Part shown: one piece after another, positions 17,046 to 25,383 of the stretch
Layout of the letters: each line of letters opens with the position of its first letter
How positions within the stretch are numbered: position 1 is the stretch's first letter
Source: Candidatus Dormiibacterota bacterium
Lineage (GTDB): Bacteria > Chloroflexota > Limnocylindria > P2-11E > CF-107
Reading direction: 5' to 3'
Length of the DNA stretch: 44,212 bases
Assembly: GCA_035639655.1 (NCBI GenBank)
Contig: DASQXO010000125.1
Location: 1-44,212, forward strand
Made by a program: the position numbers and the translations under genes
Notes under the pieces: generated by a model
The model's input: only the letters and a program-made list of their open reading frames with translations
What the model was told of the DNA's origin: nothing
The model's database searches: none

Positions 17046-17095
17046 AATGGGAAAGGAGGCGGGGACCAGCTCGAGCGCTCTGATTCCGTACAGGG

Positions 17096-18250
17096 CTAGG
17101 CGCTCGTCCCGTCTTCCAGGAGACCGCGCGCGATGACCAGACGCTGCATCTCGCTCGTCCCCTCGTAGATCCGGGTGATCCGGGCGTCGCGGTACGCGCG
17201 CTCGATCCAGAGCTCCCTCATGTAGCCCATCCCGCCATGGATCTGGACCGCGGCGTCGGCGACCCGGCCGAGCATCTCGGTCGCGAAGAGCTTCGCCATC
17301 GCCGCGCGCTGCGTCACCCGCTCGTCGCGGTCCGCCCGCGCCGCCGCGTCGTAGGTCATGAGCCGCGCCGCGTGGATCTCGGTGGCGGCATCGGCGAGCA
17401 TCCACTGCACCGCCTGGGCTTCGGCGATCGGCCGGCCGAACTGCCGGCGCCCTTTCGCGTGCTCGAGGCACGCCTCGAGCAGCCGCTGCGCCGCGCCGAC
17501 GCTGTGCGCTGCCAGGCCGATCCGGCCGAACTCGAGCGTCTTGAGCGCGGTCGCGAAGCCGCGACCCTCGTCGCCGATGCGGTTGGCGATCGGCACGCGC
17601 ATGTCGCGGAAGTAGAGCTGCGCGGTCGTCGACCCGTGCAGGCCCATCTTCTCGTCGTTCTTCCCGACCTCGAGGCCCGCCGTGCCGCGCTCGACGACCG
17701 CGGCGGTGATCGCCTTCGCGCCCTTCGCGCGATCGAGCGTGAAGAAGACCACGAACGTGTCCGCGATCGGCGCGTTGGTGATGAACGTCTTCTGCCCGCT
17801 GATGACGTAGTCGCCGCCGTCGCGGCGGCCTGAGGTGGCGAGGCTCGCGGCGTCGCTACCCGATCCCGGCTCGGACAGCGCGTAGGCCCCGAGCTTGCGA
17901 CCGGCGGCGATGTCCACGAGGTAGCGCCGCTTGAGCTCGGGCGAGCCGTCGACGTCGATCGCCGCGCCGCACAGCCCTGCCGATGCGCCGACGACGTTCC
18001 AGAACGCCGCGTTCGAGCGCGAGAGCTGCTCGACCGCGACGACGTAGCCGAGCTTGCCGAGACCGCTGCCGCCGTACTCCTCGGCGAAGGGCACGCCGAA
18101 GAGGCCGACCTGCGCCATCGCGTCGATCAGCGTGCGCGGGATCTCGCTCCGCTCCTCGACCTCGCGCGAGTGTCTCTGCAGCACGTCGTCGGTGAACTCG
18201 CGCACGGTGCGCTGCAGCAGTCGAAGCTCCTCCGGAAGTTCGTGCGTCAC
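17096..18250 (-). CDS. Acyl-CoA dehydrogenase
   Basis: GTG (complement of 18248-18250) gives VTHELPEELRLLQRTVREFTDD. Also YALSEPGSGSDAAS and IYEGTSEMQRLVIAR. The start shares GTGA with the upstream hydrolase stop. Confidence 0.9.
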   Translation of the reverse strand: MTHELPEELRLLQRTVREFTDDVLQRHSREVEERSEIPRTLIDAMAQVGLFGVPFAEEYGGSGLGKLGYVVAVEQLSRSNAAFWNVVGASAGLCGAAIDVDGSPELKRRYLVDIAAGRKLGAYALSEPGSGSDAASLATSGRRDGGDYVISGQKTFITNAPIADTFVVFFTLDRAKGAKAITAAVVERGTAGLEVGKNDEKMGLHGSTTAQLYFRDMRVPIANRIGDEGRGFATALKTLEFGRIGLAAHSVGAAQRLLEACLEHAKGRRQFGRPIAEAQAVQWMLADAATEIHAARLMTYDAAARADRDERVTQRAAMAKLFATEMLGRVADAAVQIHGGMGYMRELWIERAYRDARITRIYEGTSEMQRLVIARGLLEDGTSA

Positions 18251-18936
18251 GTGCGCAGTCCATGGAAGAAACGCTCGAGGCGCTCGTCGAACTCGCGCGG
18301 CCGTTCGAGCATGACCATGTGTCCGGCGCCTTCGATCACGGCCAGCTCGGCGCCGCGGATGCCGCGGACGATCGCCTCGGCGTCGGCGAGGGTGGTCATG
18401 CGATCCTCGGCGCCGGCGAGCACGAGCGTCGGGACGCGCACGCGCTTGAGGTGCGGCGTCGCATCGAACGCCGCGGTCGCCGAGAAGTCGGCGGCGAGCA
18501 CCTTCGGATCGGTGCGCGCCAGGTACGAGCTCGCGCGCTCGACGACCGCCGAGCGCGCGCCGCGCGCGAAACCGCTCGCCGCGAGCCGCTCGACGGCGAC
18601 GTTCGGGTCGCGCGCGACCCGTTCGACGAAACCGTCGGGCACGCGCGGTCGGACGGCCGCGCCGACGAGGACGAGGCCGAGCGGCGCGTGGGCCGCCGCG
18701 ACGGCGAGCGCGACGCCGGCGCCCATGGAGTGACCGATGACGACGGCGCGCGCGACGTCCTGGGTGCGGCGGATCCATTCCGCCATCTCCTCGATCCGCT
18801 GGAGCGGCGGCTCCGTCGATCGACCGTGTCCGGGAAGGTCCGGCGTGGCGACGTCGTAGGCGCCACCGAACGCGAGCCGCTGCTGCACCCATTCGTCGCC
18901 CGACGAGCCTGCGGCGTGGATGAAGACGAGTCTCAC
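18247..18936 (-). CDS. Alpha/beta-fold hydrolase
   Basis: GTG start gives VRLVFIHAAGSSGDEW. Nucleophile elbow GHSMGAG and C-terminal GAGHMVMLERP. The start shares GTGA with the thioesterase stop. Confidence 0.8.
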   Translation of the reverse strand: MRLVFIHAAGSSGDEWVQQRLAFGGAYDVATPDLPGHGRSTEPPLQRIEEMAEWIRRTQDVARAVVIGHSMGAGVALAVAAAHAPLGLVLVGAAVRPRVPDGFVERVARDPNVAVERLAASGFARGARSAVVERASSYLARTDPKVLAADFSATAAFDATPHLKRVRVPTLVLAGAEDRMTTLADAEAIVRGIRGAELAVIEGAGHMVMLERPREFDERLERFFHGLRT

Positions 18937-19355
18937 CGTCGGAGCCGCTCCGCGAGCGCGGCAGGAATGCGCGCCGGACGTCCCGTGGCGCGGTCGATGA
19001 CGACCTGCGCGGTATCGACCTGCGCGCAGACGGTCCCATCCGCCTTCGTGATGAGGTACTCGAACCGCCACGAGGAATGCCGCACCTCGCCGCATCTCAC
19101 GCGGATGTCGAACTCGTCCGGATAGCGAAGCGGCGCGAGGTAGCGGACCGACGCGCTCGCGATGGTGAAGTCGAGACCGCGCTCGAGCAGGTCGCGGCGG
19201 TAGTCGAAGCCGCAATGCTGCAGGTACGCGAAGCGCCCGACCTCGGCGTAGAGCAGGTAATTCGCGTAGTACACGACGCCCTGCATGTCCGTCTCGCCGA
19301 AACGCACGCGCTGACGGTACGCGAACGGGAACTCGGCGGGCGTCGGGGCGGGCAC
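18933..19355 (-). CDS. Acyl-CoA thioesterase (4HBT/YbgC hot-dog fold)
   Basis: RVRFGETDMQGVVYYANYLLYAEV is a typical 4HBT N-terminal block. I prefer the GTG at 19355 (140 aa) because TATCCT lies 8 nt upstream. The track start at 19442 would collide with the divergent yggT-like start. Confidence 0.75.
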   Translation of the reverse strand: MPAPTPAEFPFAYRQRVRFGETDMQGVVYYANYLLYAEVGRFAYLQHCGFDYRRDLLERGLDFTIASASVRYLAPLRYPDEFDIRVRCGEVRHSSWRFEYLITKADGTVCAQVDTAQVVIDRATGRPARIPAALAERLRR

Positions 19356-19440
19356 CGCGCGCGAGGATACGGCGGCGTCTCGCGTGGCACGGCCGGTGCA
19401 GGCAAGCGAGGGCGGATTCAATCCCTTCCGGGAGGTATCC

Positions 19441-19821
19441 ATGGCTCACGAACCGACACGCAGGGTCCGCGTCGAGGAGGATCGCGTCGAGAGGCCGGTG
19501 GTGCGCGAGCGCCGGACGGCGTACGACGGCGCGTACGCGACGCGGGTCATCCTGCAGCTCGTCTATCTGCTGTTCGGGATCTTCGAGGTCCTCCTGCTTA
19601 TCCGCTTCATCATGAAGCTCGGCAACGCGAACACCGCGAACGGCGTCATCGCCGCGCTGTACGGCGTGACGGAGCCGCTCGTGCGGCCGTTCTACGGGAT
19701 CTTCCCGCAGCCGCCGGCCGGGTCGATCGAGATCGCGACGCTGCTCGCGATCGTGTTCCTCGTGCTCGTGGAGGCGCTCATCGTCGCGATCATTCGCGCG
19801 CTCACGCCGCGGTACTACTAG
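19441..19821 (+). CDS. YggT-family membrane protein
   Basis: ATG 19441 is preceded by GGAGG (19431-19435). Two TM segments flank a GVTEPLVRPFYGIFP block typical of YggT. Confidence 0.7.
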   Translation: MAHEPTRRVRVEEDRVERPVVRERRTAYDGAYATRVILQLVYLLFGIFEVLLLIRFIMKLGNANTANGVIAALYGVTEPLVRPFYGIFPQPPAGSIEIATLLAIVFLVLVEALIVAIIRALTPRYY

Positions 19822-19843
19822 CGCGACCGCACTCGTACGCTTC

Positions 19844-19879
19844 GAGACCCGGGCTCGCTCGCCCGGGTCTCGTGTTCTT
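19844..19879 (+). terminator. Intrinsic terminator candidate downstream of the yggT-like gene
   Basis: Perfect 11-bp stem GAGACCCGGGC (19844-19854) / GCCCGGGTCTC (19861-19871) with a 6-nt loop, followed by GTGTTCTTA. Confidence 0.55.
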
Positions 19880-19925
19880 ACCCGTGTCTCATGCGCTCGT
19901 TGGCGGTCGGTGCTGTCGTACTGCC

Positions 19926-20144
19926 ATGCACCGTAGCGCAGCAGCGATCGTGAGCGGCGCCGTCTTCGCCATGCTGCTCGCCGCCCTCGCGCAGCTGCCG
20001 ATCATCGGACAGATCGTCGTGCCGGTGCTCATCGTCCAGGCCGGCGCGACGTGGCTGCACTCCGTGGCGGCGCGCCGCCGCGCGCGCGTCCTCGCGATCA
20101 CGAAGTCCTCACCGCGAGCAGACGCGGTCTCGCGCTCCGCCTAA
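19926..20144 (+). CDS. Small hypothetical membrane protein (72 aa)
   Basis: MHRSAAAIVSGAVFAMLLAALAQLPIIGQIVVPVLIVQAG... has two hydrophobic spans and high GC3. I saw no SD or homology signal. Confidence 0.4.
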   Translation: MHRSAAAIVSGAVFAMLLAALAQLPIIGQIVVPVLIVQAGATWLHSVAARRRARVLAITKSSPRADAVSRSA

Positions 20145-21481
20145 GCCGCGGAGGACGCGCCGCCGAGACGGAGTCGGAATCGCGCCCCGCCGTCGGCGGG
20201 GTGCTCGAGCGTCACGGTGCCGCCATGCGCCTCCGCCACCTGCTTCACGATCGACAGCCCGAGTCCTGAGCCCGGCAGGTGATGCGCGGTGCTCGCCCGC
20301 CAGAAACGGTCGAACACCCGCGGCCGGTCCTCCGGCGCGACGCCCGGCCCGTGGTCGCGCACGGAGACCTCGCCGTTCGAGACGCTCACCTCGACGACGC
20401 CACCGGCCGGGCTCCACTTCGAGGCGTTGTCGAGGAGATTCGTGACCGCGCGCGCGATGCGCGAGTGCACGCCGCGCACGCTTGACGGCTCCGCCACGAG
20501 CGCGAAGCGGACGTGCGGGTAGCGCGCCTTCATCTCGTCGATCGCGGTGGCGACCACCTCGTCGAGACGCACGTCCTCGATGGGGAGGTGCGCCTCCTCG
20601 TCGCGCGCGAGGTCGATGAGGTCCGCGACGAGCGTCGACAGTCGTTCGATCTGGCTCACGAGGTCGCGCAGCACCTGCTGCCGCTCGGCTGGGTCCGTCG
20701 GCTGACCGCGCGCGAGCAGCTCGAGGTTCGTGCGCAGGCTCGTGAGCGGCGTGCGCAGCTCGTGCGACGCGTCCGCGACGAGCTGACGCTGCGAGCGCAG
20801 CGACACCTCGAGCGCCGTGAGCATCGCGTCGAAGCTCGACGCGAGATGCGCGATCTCGTCGCTGCCCGTCATGCCGACGCGCCGAGAGAGATCGCGCGTC
20901 CGCGTCACCTCTGCGACCGTTGCGCTCAGGCGACGGACCGGGGCGAGCGCGGCCTGCGCGATAAGGGCGCCGAGGATCGCGGCGAGCAATGCGGCGCCCA
21001 GCGCGAGCGCGAGCAACGCCGGCCGCGTGTTGAAAAACGCGGCGTCGATCTCGGCGACCGGGCGCGCGATCTCGAGCGCGCGCCCTTGGCCCAGCGGCAT
21101 CGCGTAGACGCGCCAGTGGGTGTCGCTGGTGTGGATGTCGGTGAAGGTCGCCGGTGCGCCGTTCGCGACGTCCCGGATGACCGTGTCGACGAGCTCGGGC
21201 GATCCGGGTTGTCCTTCGGACGGCACGATGCGCCCGCTCGTGTCAACGATCTGCGCGAACATGTCGTACCGGCCGGACAGGTAGAGCACCGCGGAGCGAC
21301 CGGGGAAGCGGCGGTCGGCGCTCGATCCTTGCCGCGCGCTGTTGGCGCTCTGAACGAGACTGTCGTCGATCTCGTTCAACAGCTGATGCTGCACCATCGC
21401 GTAGATCAGCCCCGCCGCGGCGATCGCGGTCACGGCGACGGCGAGCGCCGCGAGCAGCGTGACGCGAAGCCGGAAGGTCAT
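20141..21481 (-). CDS. Sensor histidine kinase (TM-periplasmic-TM-HAMP-HisKA-HATPase)
   Basis: H-box ADASHELRTPLTSL, N and G boxes (NLLDNASKW, GSGLGLSIV) and a HAMP-like linker. ATGA overlap with the response regulator stop. Confidence 0.9.
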   Translation of the reverse strand: MTFRLRVTLLAALAVAVTAIAAAGLIYAMVQHQLLNEIDDSLVQSANSARQGSSADRRFPGRSAVLYLSGRYDMFAQIVDTSGRIVPSEGQPGSPELVDTVIRDVANGAPATFTDIHTSDTHWRVYAMPLGQGRALEIARPVAEIDAAFFNTRPALLALALGAALLAAILGALIAQAALAPVRRLSATVAEVTRTRDLSRRVGMTGSDEIAHLASSFDAMLTALEVSLRSQRQLVADASHELRTPLTSLRTNLELLARGQPTDPAERQQVLRDLVSQIERLSTLVADLIDLARDEEAHLPIEDVRLDEVVATAIDEMKARYPHVRFALVAEPSSVRGVHSRIARAVTNLLDNASKWSPAGGVVEVSVSNGEVSVRDHGPGVAPEDRPRVFDRFWRASTAHHLPGSGLGLSIVKQVAEAHGGTVTLEHPADGGARFRLRLGGASSAA

Positions 21482-22155
21482 GCTTCCTTCATCACGTAGC
21501 CGACGCCGCGCACGGTCTGGATCAAGCGCGGCTCACCGCCGGCCTCCAGCTTGCGACGGAGGTAGCCGATGTACACGTCGAGCGAATTGGAGTCGGGCCC
21601 GAAGTCGTAACCCCAGACGCGATCGAAGATGACGTCGCGCGAGAGGACCTTGCGCGGGTTCGACAGGAAGAGCTCGAGCAGGAGGTATTCGGTCCGCGTG
21701 AGCGCGATCGGTCGGTCGCCGCGCCGGCACTCCATCGCGTCACGGTCGAGCGCGAGGTCCTCGAAGCGGAGCGTCCCGCGGCTCGCGCCGTCGGTGTGCG
21801 CGCGACGCTGGAACGCGCGGAGGCGCGCGAGGAGCTCGTCGAGCGCGAACGGCTTGACGAGGTAGTCGTCGGCGCCGGCGTCGAGGCCTTCGACGCGATC
21901 GGCGATGGCCGCACGGGCCGTCAGCATGAGCACCGGCACGCGCTGCCCGGCCTGCCGCAGGCGGCGGCAGACCTCGAGTCCGTCGAGGCCGGGCAGGCCG
22001 AGATCGAGCACGATCGCGTCGTAGGGGTGGCCCAGCGCCATCTCGAGCGCCTTGTCGCCTCGGGCCGCGAGCTCCGTCTCGTGACCGGCTCCGCGCAGCG
22101 CGCGCTCGACGGCGCCCCGTACGCCCGGATCGTCCTCGACGAGGAGGACGCGCAC
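21478..22155 (-). CDS. OmpR/PhoB-family response regulator
   Basis: Receiver domain (MRVLLVEDD, AIVLDLGLPGLDG, TARA...D) plus a winged-helix output (LTRTEYLLLELF, VRGVGYVM). GTG start. Confidence 0.92.
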   Translation of the reverse strand: MRVLLVEDDPGVRGAVERALRGAGHETELAARGDKALEMALGHPYDAIVLDLGLPGLDGLEVCRRLRQAGQRVPVLMLTARAAIADRVEGLDAGADDYLVKPFALDELLARLRAFQRRAHTDGASRGTLRFEDLALDRDAMECRRGDRPIALTRTEYLLLELFLSNPRKVLSRDVIFDRVWGYDFGPDSNSLDVYIGYLRRKLEAGGEPRLIQTVRGVGYVMKEA

Positions 22156-22177
22156 GCGCTCGATAGTAAAGACGGCG

Positions 22178-22227
22178 CGTAAGAGGAACCTAAGAGCCAG
22201 GCCGACCGGCCGCTGACAACTCTTACG
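22178..22227. promoter_or_regulatory. Candidate response-regulator binding array in the divergent intergenic region
   Basis: TAAGAG at 22180-22185 and 22191-22196 is a direct repeat with 11-bp phasing. CGTAAGAG (22178-22185) is inverted as CTCTTACG (22220-22227). Confidence 0.35.
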
Positions 22228-22303
22228 TACCTTTCATGCACGCTCGCCCGGTCGATGGTCTCCTGTTCGTGACCGAGGTCAGGTGAAAGGAAGCGATGCA
22301 CCG

Positions 22304-22990
22304 ATGAAACTTCCGGGTCCCAGCAAACTCGTGGCAGGCGCGTTGATCGCGCTCGCATTCGCCGGCGGGGTTGCCGCGGCGCCGAGCCTCGTCGGTCCGG
22401 CGGTCGCGGGCACCGTGAACGACGTCGCCGCGCAGGTCCTCGGCAACGGCGGACACGGCGGCGGCGACATCCTCACCACCGCGGCGAACTACATCGGCAT
22501 CAGCGTCGCGGACTTGCGGACCGAGCTCCAGGCGGGCAAGAGCCTTGCCGACGTCGCGGTCGAGAAGGGCAAGACGCGCGATGGGCTCATCGCCGCGCTC
22601 ACCCAGGCGGAGAGCCAGCGCATCGCGCAGCTCGTCGACCAGAAGGGCTTCGGCGCGAAGGGTCCGGGTGGCCCGGGCTTCGGCTTCGTGAAGAGCGACG
22701 TGCTCGCGGTAGCCGCGACGTACCTCGGCATCAGCGAGCAGGACCTGCGGACGAAGCTGCAGTCCGGACAGACGCTCGCCGCGGTCGCGAACGCGACGGC
22801 GGGCAAGAGCCGTGACGGACTCGTCGCGGCCCTCGTCGCCGACGAGTCGGCGAAGATCGACGCGGCGCAGAAGGCCAACAAGATCACCGCCGATCAGGCC
22901 GCGAAGCTGAAGAGCGGTCTGCAGGATCGGATCGCGATGCTCGTCGACTCGACCCACGCGGGCGCGCCGGGAGACCACCGTCGGCCCTGA
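22304..22990 (+). CDS. Secreted protein with a tandemly duplicated ~57-aa helical domain
   Basis: ATG 22304 (SD GAAAGGAAG upstream) opens a signal peptide, MKLPGPSKLVAGALIALAFAGGVAAA. Repeat 1 spans 22466-22636 and repeat 2 spans 22697-22867 (YIGIS..DLRT.LQ.G.SLA.VA...GK.RDGL.AAL). Confidence 0.65.
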   Translation: MKLPGPSKLVAGALIALAFAGGVAAAPSLVGPAVAGTVNDVAAQVLGNGGHGGGDILTTAANYIGISVADLRTELQAGKSLADVAVEKGKTRDGLIAALTQAESQRIAQLVDQKGFGAKGPGGPGFGFVKSDVLAVAATYLGISEQDLRTKLQSGQTLAAVANATAGKSRDGLVAALVADESAKIDAAQKANKITADQAAKLKSGLQDRIAMLVDSTHAGAPGDHRRP

Positions 22991-23010
22991 ATGAGTCCCT
23001 CCTCCTTCGT

Positions 23011-23052
23011 GACGGCGCCGGGGGCGCGAATGGACGCGGCCCCGGCGCCGTC
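23011..23052 (+). terminator. GC-rich hairpin without a U-tract downstream of the secreted repeat protein gene
   Basis: 13-bp stem GACGGCGCCGGGG (23011-23023) / CCCCGGCGCCGTC (23040-23052) with a 16-nt loop. Confidence 0.35.
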
Positions 23053-23073
23053 GTCCCGCGATCGGAGACGAAC

Positions 23074-23436
23074 ATGCCGTACCACGAACTGAAGGTCCCG
23101 CGCGGCCTCACGCGGAAGTGGGAGGTCGTCATCGAGGACGGACGCGAGGACGCCGCGGCGAAGCCGCGCACGGCCGGCGACGTGAAGCGCGATCACCGCG
23201 TGCTGCGTCACATCGCCGAGGGCGAGCTGCGGGCGGTCCCGCTCCTCGCCACCGGCGCGACGCTGCGTCGGGGCGAGCGCTACCTCGACCTGCACGATCC
23301 GGCGCGCGGCGAGTTCGTCGGCGACGGCTACGAACGGGTGCGTCCGGGGCGGGGCATCCTCGCGAAGAGCGAGACGCCGCCGACGGTGTGGCGCGCGATC
23401 CTGAGCGCGGCCGACGGCGTCACACGCGAGCGCTGA
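23074..23436 (+). CDS. Hypothetical protein (120 aa)
   Basis: High-GC3 ORF with GGAG 6 nt upstream of the ATG. I recognise no domain. Its 3' end overlaps the convergent ligase gene by 17 nt. Confidence 0.5.
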   Translation: MPYHELKVPRGLTRKWEVVIEDGREDAAAKPRTAGDVKRDHRVLRHIAEGELRAVPLLATGATLRRGERYLDLHDPARGEFVGDGYERVRPGRGILAKSETPPTVWRAILSAADGVTRER

Positions 23437-25357
23437 AGCTTCGGATCTCCTCGACCGCGGCGGGATTCTCGAGCGATGAGAGATCGCCGAGGTCGTCCTT
23501 GCCGAGGAACGCGCCGCGGATCACACGCCGCAGCACCTTCGCGTTGCGCGTCTTCGGCAGCTGCGTGACGAAACGCACCGACTCCGGACGGAGCGGCTTG
23601 CCCAGCAGCTCCGCCACCTTGTCCTGGACCTCGCGCGCGAGCGCATCGCTCGGCGTCGCGTTCGGCCGCAGCACGCAGAACACGACGATCCCCTCGCCCT
23701 TGATCTCATGCGGCACGCCGACGGCCGCGGCCTCGAGGACCGACGGATGCGCGACGGCGGCGGACTCGACCTCCGCGGGACCGACCCGCTTCCCGGCGAC
23801 CTTCAGCGTGTCGTCGCTGCGGCCCTCGATGTACCAGAAGCCCTCGCCGTCGATCCGCGCCCAATCTCCGTGCACCCAGACGTCGGGAATGCGCGACCAG
23901 TACGTCTCGCGGTAGCGCTCCGGGTCTCTCCAGAACCCCCTCGTCATGCCCGGCCACGGCTTGCGGATGACGAGCTCGCCGACGGCGCCACGGACGGAGC
24001 GGCCGCGCTCGTCGACGACATCGACGTCCATCCCGGGCACCGGCGCCGAGAACGAGCACGGCTTGATCGGCGTCCAGGTCGTGCAACCGAGGATGCCGCC
24101 GGCGACCTCCGTGCCGCCGGAGTAGTTGATGATCGGCGCGCGGCGTCCGCCGGCGTTGTCGAAGTACCACCACCACGGCTCGGGATTCCACGGCTCGCCG
24201 GTGGAGCCAAGGACGAAGAGCGACGAGCGATCGTGGGCGCGGACCGGTGCCTCACCGGAGCGCATGAGCGCGCGGATCGCGGTCGGCGAGATCCCGAGGT
24301 GCGTGACGCGGTGGCGTTCGACCATCGCCCACACGCGCGACGGGTCGGGGAAGTCCGGCGTCCCGTCATACAGCACGATCGTCGCGCCGAGGATGAGTCC
24401 GCCGGCGATGAGCCAGGGCCCCATCATCCAGCCGAGATCGGTGAACCACCACATCGCGTCGCCGGCCTGCAGGTCGAAGCAGTGCGCCATGTCCTGCGCT
24501 GCCTTCACCGGGAACCCGCCGTGCACGTGCACCGCACCCTTCGGCCGGCCGGTCGTCCCGGACGTGTAGATGACCATGTACGGATCCTCGGCCGCGGTGT
24601 CGGCGAAGGTCTCGTCGCCGCCGATGCCGGCGGCAATCACGTCGTCCCACCACACATCGCGTCCCGGTCGCAGGCGCACGTCGCGTCCGGTTCGCTTGGC
24701 GACGATCACGCGCTTCACCGAGGGGGCGCCCTCGGCAGCCGCGTCCGCGGTCTCCTTCATCGGCACCACCTGCCCGCGCCGGTAGAAGCCGTCGGCGGTG
24801 ATGAGGACGCTCGCCTCGGCATCGCGGAGCCGCCCGGCGATCGCGTCGGCGGCGTAGCCGGAGAAGATCGGCGTGTAGATCGCGCCGATCGCGGAGACCG
24901 CGAGCGTGGCGACGGCGCACTCCGGGCCGAGCGGCATGAAGATCCCGACGCGCTCGCCCGCGCGCACGCCGATCGCGCGCAAGCCAGCCGCGAGCCGGCG
25001 CACCTCCGAAGCGAGATCGGCGTACGTCAGACGGCGCGTCGCGCCTTCCTCGCCCTCCCACAGGATCGCGGTGCGACGCGGATCGTGGCGGAGCGCGCTC
25101 GCGACGTAGTTCAGGCGACCGCCGATCCACCACGTCGTCCACGGCATCCCGCGGCTCGGGTCGAGCACGCGCTCGTACGGCATGCGCCACACGAGGCCGA
25201 GGTCCCGGTCGACGGCGCGCCAGAATCCGTCGGCGTCCTCGACGCTCCAGCGCAGGAGCGCGTCGAAGTCGCGGTGCCCGTTCGCCTCGGCGAAGCGACG
25301 CAGCCGGCTGCGCTCGAGATAGTGATCGCTCGGGATCCATGCGGCGCGCTCGGGCAC
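23420..25357 (-). CDS. AMP-forming acyl-CoA synthetase, acetoacetyl-CoA synthetase (AacS)/Acs-like
   Basis: GTG at 25357 gives VPERAAWIPSDHYLERSRLRRFAEANG...LLRWSVEDADGFWRAV, an AacS-like N-terminus. AMP motif YTSGTTGRPKG and A10 motif LPKTRNAKVLRR. The 919-aa track ORF extension is rejected. Confidence 0.85.
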   Translation of the reverse strand: MPERAAWIPSDHYLERSRLRRFAEANGHRDFDALLRWSVEDADGFWRAVDRDLGLVWRMPYERVLDPSRGMPWTTWWIGGRLNYVASALRHDPRRTAILWEGEEGATRRLTYADLASEVRRLAAGLRAIGVRAGERVGIFMPLGPECAVATLAVSAIGAIYTPIFSGYAADAIAGRLRDAEASVLITADGFYRRGQVVPMKETADAAAEGAPSVKRVIVAKRTGRDVRLRPGRDVWWDDVIAAGIGGDETFADTAAEDPYMVIYTSGTTGRPKGAVHVHGGFPVKAAQDMAHCFDLQAGDAMWWFTDLGWMMGPWLIAGGLILGATIVLYDGTPDFPDPSRVWAMVERHRVTHLGISPTAIRALMRSGEAPVRAHDRSSLFVLGSTGEPWNPEPWWWYFDNAGGRRAPIINYSGGTEVAGGILGCTTWTPIKPCSFSAPVPGMDVDVVDERGRSVRGAVGELVIRKPWPGMTRGFWRDPERYRETYWSRIPDVWVHGDWARIDGEGFWYIEGRSDDTLKVAGKRVGPAEVESAAVAHPSVLEAAAVGVPHEIKGEGIVVFCVLRPNATPSDALAREVQDKVAELLGKPLRPESVRFVTQLPKTRNAKVLRRVIRGAFLGKDDLGDLSSLENPAAVEEIRSFSARV

Positions 25358-25383
25358 GGAAGCGATGCTATTACCGGCGCGCC

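Noticed and set aside
16959-17091. An 8-bp direct repeat, TTCCGTAC (16959-16966 and 17084-17091), flanks the repeat-containing gap. I considered target-site duplications of a miniature transposable element.
   Set aside because: I found no terminal inverted repeats just inside the 8-mers, no transposase and no other copy in the window. An 8-mer match within 150 bp can arise by chance.
18251-19039. N-terminal extension of the 647-aa ORF 17096-19039 (ACAD).
   Set aside because: The extension is Arg/Pro-rich nonsense overlapping the hydrolase gene in another frame. The ACAD homology begins at the GTG at 18250, which also forms a GTGA overlap with the upstream stop.
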